From positions 147,376,001 through 147,440,000 of the forward strand of contig CM059431.1 of NCBI GenBank assembly GCA_030390025.1: 64,000 bases of DNA. Direction: 5' to 3'. Positions 12,122 to 23,290 of this stretch are shown in pieces. Within the stretch, counting starts at the first letter, position 1. The number at the start of each line of letters is the position of its first letter. Source of the DNA: Squalus acanthias. Lineage: Eukaryota. Made by a program: the position numbers and the translations under genes. The notes beneath the pieces are model-generated. The model was not told the DNA's origin, did no database searches, and saw only the letters and a list, made by a program, of their open reading frames with translations.

Positions 12122-12133
12122 AAAAGGGAGGAT
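12122..12133 (+). promoter_or_regulatory. Polypurine tract
   Basis: AAAAGGGAGGAT immediately before the TG at 12134, about 120 bp after the env stop. Confidence 0.75.
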
Positions 12134-12949
12134 TGCAGTGGGGAAAGAGTTAAAAATCATTGCTGGCAGGTCACAGAGTGCTGTAAGAGAGACAGTTGCT
12201 AACATGAACGGCCTGATCCATAACGTGTGGTCAAGATAACTGACCTTTGAAGACTAAAAACAACTCCGTTGAGATATGTTTAGCGCTTCAGCCGCCCTTC
12301 GGGGTTTGTGATCTGGGTCGCAGACATCAAAGGTATCTTTTAATCAGTGTTCAGCAGTTTGAGTGACTGATTGAGGAGTCAGCTTACACACGTTTACCTG
12401 AGGACATGTAACCCAATCCTTGAAGGTGCCTGCGGGCCAAGATCCAATCAGGCAGCAGGAATGAAATGTGTATGAGCCGGGCCATGTGTATTTTAATGTA
12501 TAAAAATGTAGGGCTGGATTTTCAATGCCCCGTGGAGGCGGGTTTGGAGGCGTGTGGGGGGTTAAAGTTGCAGATTCGGGGGTCCCGACTCCATTCCGCC
12601 TCCACGCAATTTTGACAAAATCGGTCGCGGGGTTCCCGACTCCGTCCCGCCCCCAAGAGGCGGGAGAAGCCATTAAAGCCCTTAACCAGCCCTAAATTGG
12701 CTCTGTAATACCATTTTGAAACGTTTTAGCTAGTTTAACCCTTTTCCCACGTGAAGCACGCCTGATGTGAAACACGCCAGTGAAACCTGGCGGGAGCACA
12801 AGTGGATAGCTGACTATCAGCTGCAGGTCCACTATTAGAACGGAGATGTGATGAAGGTAGTAGTAGTATTAGGTCTGCAAGTCGCCTCTGATGCTGCTGC
12901 ATTGAATGTCTTCAGAGACTGCCTGGGAGGACTTGGTTGCAAAAAAATT

Positions 12950-12981
<32 letters not shown>

Positions 12982-13401
12982 AGATGCTGCTCATTTTGCA
13001 TCCAGGTCCTTTCACAGCAAAGGCCAGGCAATCTCTGAGACCAGGCAGTCAGTCTCTGACCTGCAATGATGACATCATCAGAGGCGACTTTCAGACTGAA
13101 ACCACCAATTGGTTCATGGGTTCCCACATGCTGGAACTCAATTGCCCAATTAAGTGAAAATTGCATCATTCATCCACATTAATCTGGAGTCGGGGTGCGG
13201 GGGGGGGGGGGGGGGGCAACACAAAATGCAGGTAACACGACCCCAACCCGACCCCAAGACAAAATCCAGCCCGTAGTGTTTGCTGTAACAATTTGGAGAA
13301 GTCTCCTGGCACGCCAGTAGAGATTGTCTCCCCACTAAAGACAACTTGACTATCGATCTGAAAAACTTGTGTCGAGTGTTGGTTTAAAATACTCCACAAC
13401 A
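12134..13401 (+). mobile_element. 3' LTR (~500 bp after removing the nested MITE)
   Basis: Begins TGCAGTGGGG after the PPT and ends CTCCACAACA (imperfect terminal inverted repeat) abutting the 38-bp array. TATAAAA at ~12499. Confidence 0.7.
12511..13272. mobile_element. MITE (PIF/Harbinger-like), 762 bp
   Basis: Perfect 12-bp TIR GGGCTGGATTTT / AAAATCCAGCCC; 3-bp TSD GTA at 12508-12510 and 13273-13275. Confidence 0.85.
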
Positions 13402-16400
13402 GAGACCAGAACTGTGCACAGTGCTCCAAGTGTGATATGGAGAACAGAACGCTGCGCAGTGCTCCAAGTGTGATATGGAGAGAACAGAACCCTGCACAGT
13501 GCTCCAAGTGTGATATGAAGACCAGAACTGTGCACAGTGCTCCAAGTGTGATATGGAGCCCAGAACTGTGCACATTATTCCAAGTGTGATATGGAGCCCA
13601 GAACTGTGCACAGTGCTTCAAGTGTGATATGGAGACCAGAACTGTGCACATTATTCCAAGTGTGATATGGAGACCAGAACTGTGCACAGTGCTCCAAGTG
13701 TTATATAGAGACCAGAACTGTGCACAGTGCTCCAAGTGTGATACGGAGACCAGAACTGTGCACATTATTCCAAGTGTGATATGGAGACCAGAACTGTGCA
13801 CAGTGCTCCAAGTGTGATATGGAGACCAAAACTGTGCACAGTACTCCAAGTGTGATATGGAGACCAGATCTGTGCACAGTACTCCAAGGGGTAAAAATTC
13901 ACTTGGTTGCGCCACCCATTAGCGCCTTAAGAGGGCGCTAATGGGGCGCAAAGCCGCTAACGCCCGGGCGCAGCGATGTTTGCGCCGCTCGAGAACTTAA
14001 CTTGAGATTGTGCGGCGGCGCTAAAACTTACCGCTGCGACCACCTGCGCGCGCAGATTGTGACGTCATTCCATGGTGCAACGCCCTTGGGGCGCCCCGTA
14101 GCGGAAATTGAGTGGCGCCCCCTGCCTTACCGCCTGGCGCTTCCAACGACCAGAAGACTGGAACGCTATCAATCGCTGTGGGGCTGGGGGGGGGCGCTAT
14201 TTAAAGGGGGCCTCTTCCTGTCTTTTATTGTTGGTGGCATTTTTGAACTACGCATTCTGAGAGAGAGAGGGAGAGACTTCTGGAGAGATTCAACGTTGTG
14301 TGAAGGAGTTTTGGGTACTGAGCAGCACTTTGCAGGTTCATTTTGATTTGCCATTCCTTGTATCGATTTAGCAGAGACCGTGGGAGCTGCACTCTGAGCT
14401 CTTTGCCTGGTGCTCTCCATTGTTCTTTCCAACACATTTGATGTGCAAGTCTCTCCAGGCCGAGATTCAAGGCAGCAATGAACAGGATGTGGATGGAAAG
14501 CAAGATTAACCATCCCCTTTAAGAACTGGCCCGTGCCATTGTGTGTGTGTTCTATTGCTGACTGACATTACATGAGCTTCGCCAGCGCTCCGAGTTAGCG
14601 CCTCACTCCTTGGCCTTTGCGCCTTAAGAGAGGTGTGCAGCGCCTGCTTTAGCGCTCCACTCACCTCCCGGGGCAGTAAAAGTGAAGTTTCCCGTCAGTG
14701 GCGATAATTAGCGCCAGGCGCTAATATTTGCGTCCGGACGATATTTGCGCCCCAAATGGGGCGCGACCTAATTTCTACCCCCAAGTGTCATATGGAGACC
14801 AGAACTGTGCACAGTGCTCCAAGTGTGATATGGAGACCAGAACTGTGCACAGTACTCCAAGTGTGATATGCAGACCAGAACTGTGCACAATGCTCCAAGT
14901 GTGATATGGAGACCAGAACTGTGCACAGTGCTCCAAGTGTGATATGGAGACCAGATCTGTGCACAGTACTCCAAGTGTGATATGGAGACCAGAAATGTGC
15001 ACAGTGCTCCAAGTGTGATATGGAGACCAGAACTGTCCACTGTGCTCCAAGTTTGATATGGAGACCAGAACTGTGCACATAATTCCAAGTGTCATATGGA
15101 GACCAGAAATGTGCACATAATTCCAAGTGTGATATGGAGACCAGAACTGTGCACAGTGCTCCAAGTGTGATATGGAGATCAGAACTGTGCGCAGTACACC
15201 AAGTGTGATATGGAGACCGGACCTGTGCACAGTGCTCCAAGTGTGATATGGAGACCAGAACTGTGCACAGTACTCCAAGTGTGAGAAGAAGACCTGAACT
15301 GTGCACGGTGCTCCAAGTGTGATATGGAGACCAGAACTGTGCATAGTGCTCCAAGTGTGATCTGGAGATCAGAACTGTGCACATAATTCCAAGTGTGATA
15401 TGGAGACCAGAACTGTGCACAGTGCTCCAAGTGTGATCTGGAGATCAGAACTGTGCACATAATTACAAGTGTGATATGGAGACCAGAACTGTGCACATAA
15501 TTCCAAGTGTGATATGGAGACCAGAACTGTGCACATAATTCCAAGTGTGATATGGAGACCAGAAATGTGCACATAATTCCATGTGTGATATGGAGACCAG
15601 AACTGTGCACAGTGCTACAAGTGTGATATGGAGACCAGAACTGTGCACATTACTCCCAGTGCGATTTGGAGACCAGAACTGTGCACAGTACTCCCAGTGT
15701 GATATGGAGATCAGAACTGTGCGCAGTACTCCAAGTGTGATATGGAGACCAGAACTGTGCACAGTAACTCCAAGTGTGATATGGAGACCAGAACTGTGCA
15801 CAGTGCTCCAAGTGTGATATGGAGATCAGAACTGTGCGCAGTGCACCAAGTGTTATATGGAGACCGGACCTGTGCACAGTGCTCCAAGTGTGATATGGAG
15901 ACCTGAACTGTGCACGGTGCTCCAAGTGTGGTATGGAGACCAGAACTGTGCATAGTGCTCCAAGTGTGATCTGGAGATCAGAACTGTGCACATAATTCCA
16001 AGTGTGATATGGAGACCAGAACTGTGCACAGTGCTCCAAGTGTGACCTGGAGATCAGAACTGTGCACATAATTCCAAGTGTGATATGGAGACCAGAACTG
16101 TGCACATAATTCCAAGTGTGATATGGAGACCAGAACAGGGCACATAATTCCAAGTGTGATATGGAGAACAGAACTGTGCACAGTGCTACAAGTGTGATAT
16201 GGAGATCAGAACTGTGCACATTATTCCAAGTGTGAGATGGAGAACAGAACTGTGCACAGTACTCCAAGTGTGATATGCAGACCAGAACTGTGCACAGTAT
16301 CCCAAGTGTGATATGTAGACTAGAACTGTGCACAGTGCTCCAAGTATGATATGCAGACCAGAACTGTGCACAGTGCTCCAAGTGTGATATGCAGACCAGA

Positions 16401-16950
16401 ACTGTGAACAGTGCCCCAAGTGTGATATGGAGACCAGAACTGTGCACAGTACTCCAAGTGTCATATGGAGACCAGAACTTTGCACAGTACTCCATGAGTA
16501 ATATGGATACCATAACTGTGCAAAGTAACTCCAAGTGTGATATGGAGACCAGAACTGTGCACAGTACTCCAAGTGTCATATGGAGACCAGAACTTTGCAC
16601 AGTACTCCATGAGTAATATGGATACCATAACTGTGCAAAGTAACTCCAAGTGTGATATGGATACCATAACTGTGCAAAGTAACTCCAAGTGTGATATGGA
16701 GACCAGAACTGTGCACAGTACTCCAAGTGTCATATGGAGACCAGAACTTTGCACAGTACTCCATGAGTAATATGGATACCATAACTGTGCAAAGTAACTC
16801 CAAGTGTGATATGGAGACCAGAACTGTGCAAAGTAACTCCAAGTGTGATATTGAGTCCAGAACTGTGCAGTGTGCTCCAAGACTGATATGGAGACCAGAA
16901 CTGTACACAATATCCACTGGAAACCAAAGCTGTGCACGGGAGTCCAAGTG
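13402..16950. repeat. 38-bp CR1-derived minisatellite array (interrupted by a MITE)
   Basis: Same unit as 1-400. Variant units (CCATGAGTAATATGGATACCATAAC) recur at 16490-16800. Confidence 0.93.
13888..14781. mobile_element. MITE (PIF/Harbinger-like), 894 bp, inserted in the minisatellite
   Basis: TIR GGGGTAAAAATT / AATTTCTACCCC (1 mismatch); TSD CAA at 13885-13887 and 14782-14784. Removal restores the repeat unit ACTCCAAGTGT. Confidence 0.88.
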
Positions 16951-17344
16951 CGGTCTATCCAAGGTTCAGTATGTGTGCATTTTGACAGTGAGAATTTGTT
17001 TAAAGTGGAGAGGATGATGAGTTGGAGCGCATTTATTAATTGCCCACAGGCCATTCAGATTGTGTTCTGCCCAGATTGACAAGTTTATGATAGGAGGAGG
17101 TAGTTTCACTTTGTCACGTGGATTACATTAAACCAGCTAAGCGCCGAATTTCTTGCAGAGTGTAGCTGATTGTGAAGACAAGTTGGCTGATTGTCGAAAT
17201 CCTTGTGTTGAAGTAAAGATGGAGTGGCTGTTTCACATTCTCTTCCTGACGTCCTGTGAGTACCACAACGCTGACTTCAATTCCCCAAACCCTTTGTCCT
17301 CTCCTGCTACATATCTTCCTGATCAATGACTTTCTTTCTACCTG

Positions 17345-18630
17345 TCAGTCGTGGCTCAGTGGGTCTCAGTCTCTCTCTCTCTCTCGCCTTCGAGTCAGAC
17401 GGTCGTGGGTTCCAGATTCTCCACTCCAGAGTTGAGCTCCATAATCCCAGGCTGACACTCCCTAGTTGCCCAGTACTGAGGGAGCGCCGCACTGTCGGAG
17501 AGGCAGTACTGAGGGAGCGCTGCACTGTCGGAGGGTCAGTACTGAGGGAGTGCTGCACTGTCGGAGGGGCAGTACTGAGGGAGCGCTGCACTGTCGGAGG
17601 GGCAGTACTGAGGGAGTGCTGCACTGTTGGAGGGGCTGTACTGAGGGAGCGCTGCACTGTCGGAGGGTCAGTACTGAGGGAGTGCCGCACTGTCGGAGGG
17701 GCAGTACTGAGGGAGCTCTGCACTGTCGGAGGAGCAGTACTGAGGGAGCGCTGCACTGTCGGAGGGGCAGTACTGAGGGAGTGCTGCACTGTCGGAGGGG
17801 CAATACTGAGGGAGCGCTGCACTGTCGGAGGGGCAGTACTGAGGGAGCGCTGCACTGTCGGACGGGCAGTACTGAGAGAGTGCTGCACTGTCGAGGGGCA
17901 GTACTGAGGGAGCGCTGCACTGTCGGAGGGGCAGTACTGAGGGAGTGCTGCACTGTCGGAGGTGCAATACTGAGGGAGCGCTGCACTGTCGGAGGGGCAA
18001 TACTGAGGGAGCGCTGCACTGTCGGAGAGGCAGTACTGAGGGAGCGCTGCACTGTCGGACGGGCAGTACTGAGAGAGTGCTGCACTGTCGAGGGGCAGTA
18101 CTGAGGGAGCGCTGCACTGTCGGAGGGGCAGTACTGAGGGAGTGCTGCACTGTCGGAGGGGCAGTACTGAGAGAGTGCTGCACTGTCAGAGGGACAGTAC
18201 TGAGGGAGCACTGCACTGTCGGAGGGGCAGTACTTAGCGAGCGCTGCACTGTCAGAGGGACTGTACTGAGAGAGCGCTGCACTATCGGAGGGGCAGTACC
18301 GAGGGAGCGCTGCACTGTTGGACGAGACATTAAACCGAGGCCCCATCTGCCCTCTCAGGTAGACCTACAAGATCCCACGGCCACTATTAGAAGAATAGCA
18401 GAGGGGAGTTCTCCCCGGTGTCCTGTGGCCCAATATTTATCGCTCGTCCAATATCACTTAAAAATAAAACAGGTTATCTGGTCCTTTATCGCATTGCTGT
18501 TTGTGGGAGCTTGCTGTGCGCAAATTGGCCCCCGTGTTTCCTACATCACAACAGTGACCACACTTCAAAAGTACTTCATTGGTGTGAAGTGCTTTGGGAC
18601 ATCCTGAGCTCGAAAAGGCACGGTATAAAC
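17345..18630 (+). mobile_element. Deu-domain SINE in the intron of ART copy 2, with the internal 33-bp unit expanded to ~26 copies (17472-18320)
   Basis: Head and tail align with 820-1325; unit GTACTGAGGGAGCGCTGCACTGTCGGAGGGGCA. Confidence 0.78.
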
Positions 18631-19009
18631 TGGAGTTCTGTCTTTCTGATTGGCAGGTCGGAGTCTGGTCAGTTTACCAGTGAATGGCGAGGGTCCAAAC
18701 TGTGAGAGTATGAACAAAAGCTCAGTGTTGAACATGGAAGAAAATTCTGCCGCCTATTTTTTCTCGCGGAGCGAGGCGTCCGATGACTTGGCGATAAAAT
18801 TCCTGCGGGCAGAGCTGGAGAGGGACCCAGATTTTGAGGAGATCTGGAAAAAAGCCACCGCCAGTTGGAAACAGAAGAATCTCACAGTGCCTGATGGTCT
18901 CCGAGAGGAGCATGTCATCGCCATGACCGCCTACACCATTGGTGGAAATTTGTATCGTAGCTTCAACGATGGGGTTTGAAGCTATGGCGGTGACCTCGAC
19001 AAATACAAT

Positions 19010-19764
19010 GGGCCAGAAATTCGGCTCTTGCGCGCTGTGTACTCACCCGTAAGGCCACCTGAAGTAATGGTTTCACGCATGCACTGCGCATGCGCGGGAA
19101 ACCGGATCTTCCGTTCCCCTGAAGGGAGGGGTTCAGAAGTCGAACACGTGCGCGGGAGAGGCTGCGTGCACGCAGTGAAGTTCAGGTTTTTTTTTCAGGT
19201 TTCTCCGTGAGGGTAAGTATGGAGAAGCTGCGCTTTTAAAAAGGAGGCACAAGGCCTGTTTTTAACAAGGTAAGTGGTTAATTAATTACAATTTAAACAT
19301 TTTTTCAACCGGTTTATCATGATTACATACTTTAAAGAAAGGTAAGTTTATTTTTAGCACCGTTAAAAAGTATAATTAATTTTTTCAAACATTAAATTTT
19401 TTGTTTAAAGTAGTTAATTTATGTAACTGATAGTTATTTTAAAAATGTGATTTTAAAAAAAAAATGTATTTGAAGTTTAAGTGTGGTTTTGGGGCCGATC
19501 TCTATTCATAGATTTGACAGGTCTTCCTGTCAAATCTATGAATGAAAATGCCATGTTAGGATTGGCTCTCCATGGCCCACGTGATCCCAGGGGACGCTTC
19601 GAACTAACTGCGCTCCTGGGATACGCGAGCACTGCGCGCCAGCAGCTGCAGGAGGCCCAGGAGCTGAATTCCACGTGGGCCCGAAGCACAACGGCAGGCG
19701 CGGTAGGTAAGTACGCGCGCGATCCTTGCACCCGCAGGAAGCCGCAGAGCCCAATTTCTGGCCC
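19010..19764. mobile_element. MITE (PIF/Harbinger-like), 755 bp, inserted in the ART copy 2 catalytic exon
   Basis: TIR GGGCCAGAAATT(C/G)GGCTCT; TSD AAT at 19007-19009 and 19765-19767. Copy 1 shows the empty site (AAATACAATGACTGCTTT). Confidence 0.92.
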
Positions 19765-20274
19765 AATGCCTGCTTTAACCTGAAGAGCATGCACTACCTT
19801 CTATCTGTCGCCCTGGAAGTGTTGAGAAACAGTTCCATTGGGCCGGTGTATCGGGGGACAAAGAGTCAGATCTCTGGGACACTGGGAACAGAGATGAGGT
19901 TCGGAATATTTGCCTCCACTTCCCACAATAAGAAGGTGGCTGAGGAGTTTGGGACAGGCACTGTCTTTGATATAAAGACATCGTACGGTGTCGACCTCCA
20001 AATGTTCTCGGTCAACGTGACACAAGAGGAGGTCTTGATCCCACCTTACGAGACATTCAACATCACAGAGACCTCAGGAGGGAACAGAGACACCCTCGTC
20101 TCGACAGGCAAACAGGGAGCGGAGGTGTGGCTGCAGTTAGACGGGTCTGTTCTCATGATCGTTCAGCCCACCAAAACCCCTGGTGGGTCTGGCTTCTGAC
20201 TGCTGTGGGGATCTCAGGCTTTCTCGGGGGAGGTGCAGGGTCCACGTGGAGATATGACAAAAATTCCTCCAGAA

Positions 20275-22072
20275 TCCCACCTCCCCAACCCCAAACCCTC
20301 GCACCCCTCACTCCTCTATCCCCTCACCCCCTCACCCCTCTAACCTCTCACCCCTCAACCCCACATAGCCCCTCACCCCTCTATCCCATCACCCCTCTAA
20401 CCCCTCACCCCTCTAACCCCTCACCCCTCTAACCCCTCACCCCATCTAACCCCTCACCACTCTAACCCCTCATCCCTCTAACCCCTCACCCCCTCTAACC
20501 CCTCACCCCCTCTAACCCCACACCCCCTCTAACCCCTCACCCCCTCTAACACCACACCCGCTCTAACCCCACACCCCCTCTAACCCCACACCCCCTCTAA
20601 CCCCACACCCAATCTAACCCCTCACCCCCTCTAACCCCTCACCCCCTCTAACCCCACACCCCCTCTAACCCCTCACCCTCTCTAACCCCTCACCCTCTCT
20701 AACAGCACACCCACTCTAACCCCACACCCGCTCTAACCCCTCATCCTCTCTAACCCCTCACCCTCTCTAACACCACACCCCCTCTAACCCCACACCCCCT
20801 CTAACCCCACACCCCCTCTAACCCCACACCCAATCTAACCCCTCACCCCCTCTAACCCCTCACCCCCTCTAACCCCACACCCCCTCTAACCCCTCACCCT
20901 CTCTAACCCCTCACCCTCTCTAACACCACACCCCCTCTAACCCCTCACCCCCTCTAACCCCACACCCCCTCTAACCCCTCACCCTCTCTAACCCCACACC
21001 CCCTCTAACCCCTCACCCTCTCTAACACCACACCCCCCTCTAACCCCTCATCCCTCTAACCTCTCACCCCCTCTAACCCCTCACCCCCTCTAACCCCTCA
21101 CCCCCTCTAACCCCTCACCCCCTCTAACCCCACACCCCCTCTAATCCCTCACCCCCTCTAACCCCTCACCCCCTCTAACCCCTCACCCCTCTAACCCCTC
21201 ACCCCCTCTAACCCCTCACCCCCTCGAACCCCTCACCCCTCTAACCGCTCACCCCCTCTAACCCCTCACCCCTCTAACCCCTCACCCCTCTTACCCCTCA
21301 CCACTCTAACCCCTCACCCCCTCTAACACCTCACCCCTCTAACCCTCACCCCCTCTAACCCCTCACCCCTCTAACCCCTCACCCCCACTAGCCCCTCACC
21401 CCTCTAACCTCTCACCCCTCAACCCCACCTAGCCCCTCACCCCTCTTACCCTCACCCCTCTAACCCCTCACCCCTCTAACACCTCACCCCTCTAACCCTC
21501 ACCCCTCTAACCCCTCACCTCCTCTAACCCCTCACCCCCACTAGCCCCTCACCCCTCTAACCTCTCACCCCTCAACCCCACCTAGCCCCTCACACCTCTA
21601 GCCCCTCACCCCCACACTCCTCTAATCCCTCTCCCCCTCACTCCTCTAACCCCTCACGCCTCTAACTCCTCACCCCCTCTAACCCCTCACCCCCCCTAAC
21701 CCATCAGCCCCCTCACCCCTCTAACACCTCACCCCCTCTAACCCCTCACCCCAGTCCCTCACCCCTCTAACCCCTCACCCCTCTAACCCCTCACCCCAGT
21801 CCCTCACCCCTCTAACCCCTCACCCCTCTAACCCCTCACCCCAGTCCCTCACCCCCTCTAACCCCTCTAACCCCTCACCCCTCAGTCCCTCACCCATCTA
21901 ACCCCTCACCCCCTCACCTCTAACCCCTCACCCCCCTCTAACACCTCACCGCTTAACCCCATCTAACTCCACACCCTTCAACCCCCTCTAACCCTTCACC
22001 CCTCACCCCGTAACCCCCTCTAAACCCTCACCCCTCAACCCCCTCTATCCCTACACCCCTCACTCCTCAAAT
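20275..22072. repeat. C-rich degenerate tandem repeat (CCCCTCTAACCCCTCA-type)
   Basis: Direct inspection. It occupies the same position as 2235-4465 in copy 1. Confidence 0.9.
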
Positions 22073-22762
22073 CCCTCCTGTTCCTGTGTAACAGGCTCGA
22101 GGGGCTGAATGGCCTGCTCCTGTTCCTGTGTAACAGGCTCGAGGGGCTGAATGGCTTCCTCCTGTTCCTGTGTAACAGGCTCGAGGGGCTGAATGACCTC
22201 CTCCTGCTCCTGTGTAACAGGCTCGAGGGGCTGAATGGCCTCCTCCTGTTCCTGTGTAACAGGCTCGAGGGGCTGAATGGACTCCTCCTGTTCCTGTGTA
22301 ACAGGCTCGAGGGGCTGAATGGCTTCCTCCTGTTCCTGTTGTAACAGGTTCGAGGGGCTGAATGGCTTCCTCCTGTTCCTGTGTAACAGGCTCGAGGGGC
22401 TGAATGGCTTCCTCCTGTTCCGGTGTAACAGGCTGGAGGTGCTGAATGGCCTCCTCCTGCTCCTGTGTAACAGGCTCGAGGGGCTGAATGGCCTCCTCCT
22501 GTTCCTGTGTAACAGGCTCGAGGGGCTGAATGGCTTCCTCCTGTTCCTGTGTAACAGGCTCGAGGGGCTGAATGGCCTCCTCCTGTTCCTGTGTAACAGG
22601 CTCGAGGGGCTTAATGGCTTCCTCCTGTTCCTGTGTAACAGGCTCGAGGGGCTGAATGGACTCCTCCTGTTCCTGTGTAACAGGCTCGAGGGGCTGAATG
22701 GACTCCTCCTGTTCCTGTGTAACAGGCTCGAGGGGCTGAATGGCCTCCTCCTGTTCCTGTGT
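22073..22762 (+). repeat. 42-bp CR1-tail-derived minisatellite
   Basis: Same unit as 4872-5891. Confidence 0.92.
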
Positions 22763-22907
22763 CGCTGTATATATCTTTTCACACTGTGAAGATTGTAAGA
22801 TTGTCAATGCTTTGGATGTTTAATGAAAAATGCTGATATAAAACATTGTCTGTAAATTTCCAAACTCTTTGCCTGTCTTATTGCCTTATTCAGTGGAGCA
22901 ATATTTC

Positions 22908-22913
22908 AATAAA
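22908..22913 (+). terminator. Candidate poly(A) signal of the ART transcription unit (copy 2)
   Basis: AATAAA in unique AT-rich sequence (22765-22945) just downstream of the 42-bp array. Confidence 0.4.
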
Positions 22914-22948
22914 CGTTCTCTCTCAACACTCCAACTATCTCACCTGAT

Positions 22949-23290
22949 CAACAACAACAACAACAACTTATATCTATATAGCGCCTTTAACGTAGTAAAA
23001 CGTCCCAAGATGCTTCACATGAGAATTATAAGAGAAAAATTTGACACCGAGACATATAAGGAGAAATCAGGGCAAAGCTTGGTCCAAGAGGTCGGTTTTA
23101 AGGAGAGTCTTAAAGGAGCAGAGAGAGGTAGAGAGGCTGAGAGGTTTAGGCAGGGAATTCCAGAGCTTAGGGCCCAGGCAGCTGAAGGCACGGCCGCCAA
23201 TGGTGGAGCGATTTTAATCAGGGAGGCTCAAGAGGCCAGAATTGGAGGAGCGCAGATATCTCGGGGGGTTGTCGGGGCTGGAGGAGGTTA
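22949..23290 (-). mobile_element. L2-type LINE 3' end that runs directly into the 37-bp satellite
   Basis: (AAC)n tail on plus, then TATATAGCGCCTTT...; the minus strand reads RSTIGGRAFSCLGPKLWNSLP, typical of an L2 ORF2 C-terminus. Confidence 0.72.

Larger units (their letters stand above)
6039..13401 (+). mobile_element. 5'-truncated endogenous retrovirus-like provirus (lokiretrovirus-like): pol-env-PPT-3'LTR; gag, protease and 5' LTR missing
   Basis: Ordered RT, tether, RNase H, integrase, spliced env, polypurine tract and TG...CA LTR. Confidence 0.85.
17219..20270 (+). pseudogene. Ecto-ADP-ribosyltransferase copy 2, pseudogene (exons 17219-17255 and 18657-~20270)
   Basis: Same leader exon and splice sites as copy 1. 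CGA>TGA at 18977-18979, MITE insertion at 19010-19764, and a 1-bp deletion in the C-run before the TM segment (~20177). YRG, FASTS and QEEVLIPPYE are retained. Confidence 0.92.

Noticed and set aside
15650..16726. Long Cys/His-rich ORFs resembling zinc fingers
   Set aside because: Frame-cycling translation of the 38-bp minisatellite.
13402..16950. CRISPR-like regular 38-bp repeats (also the 37-, 42- and 67-bp arrays)
   Set aside because: Head-to-tail units with no unique spacers, no cas genes, eukaryotic context.
20275..22072. Interstitial telomere
   Set aside because: The unit is CTCTAACCCCTCACCC-like, not (CCCTAA)n, and it is positionally equivalent to the C-rich tract of copy 1.
22060..22807. 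QEQEEAIQPLEPVT / LRR-like NRLEGLNGLLLFLC repeat proteins (also 5169-5941 and 61066-62202)
   Set aside because: The 42-bp unit is divisible by 3 and is open in several frames on both strands; it derives from the CR1 tail.
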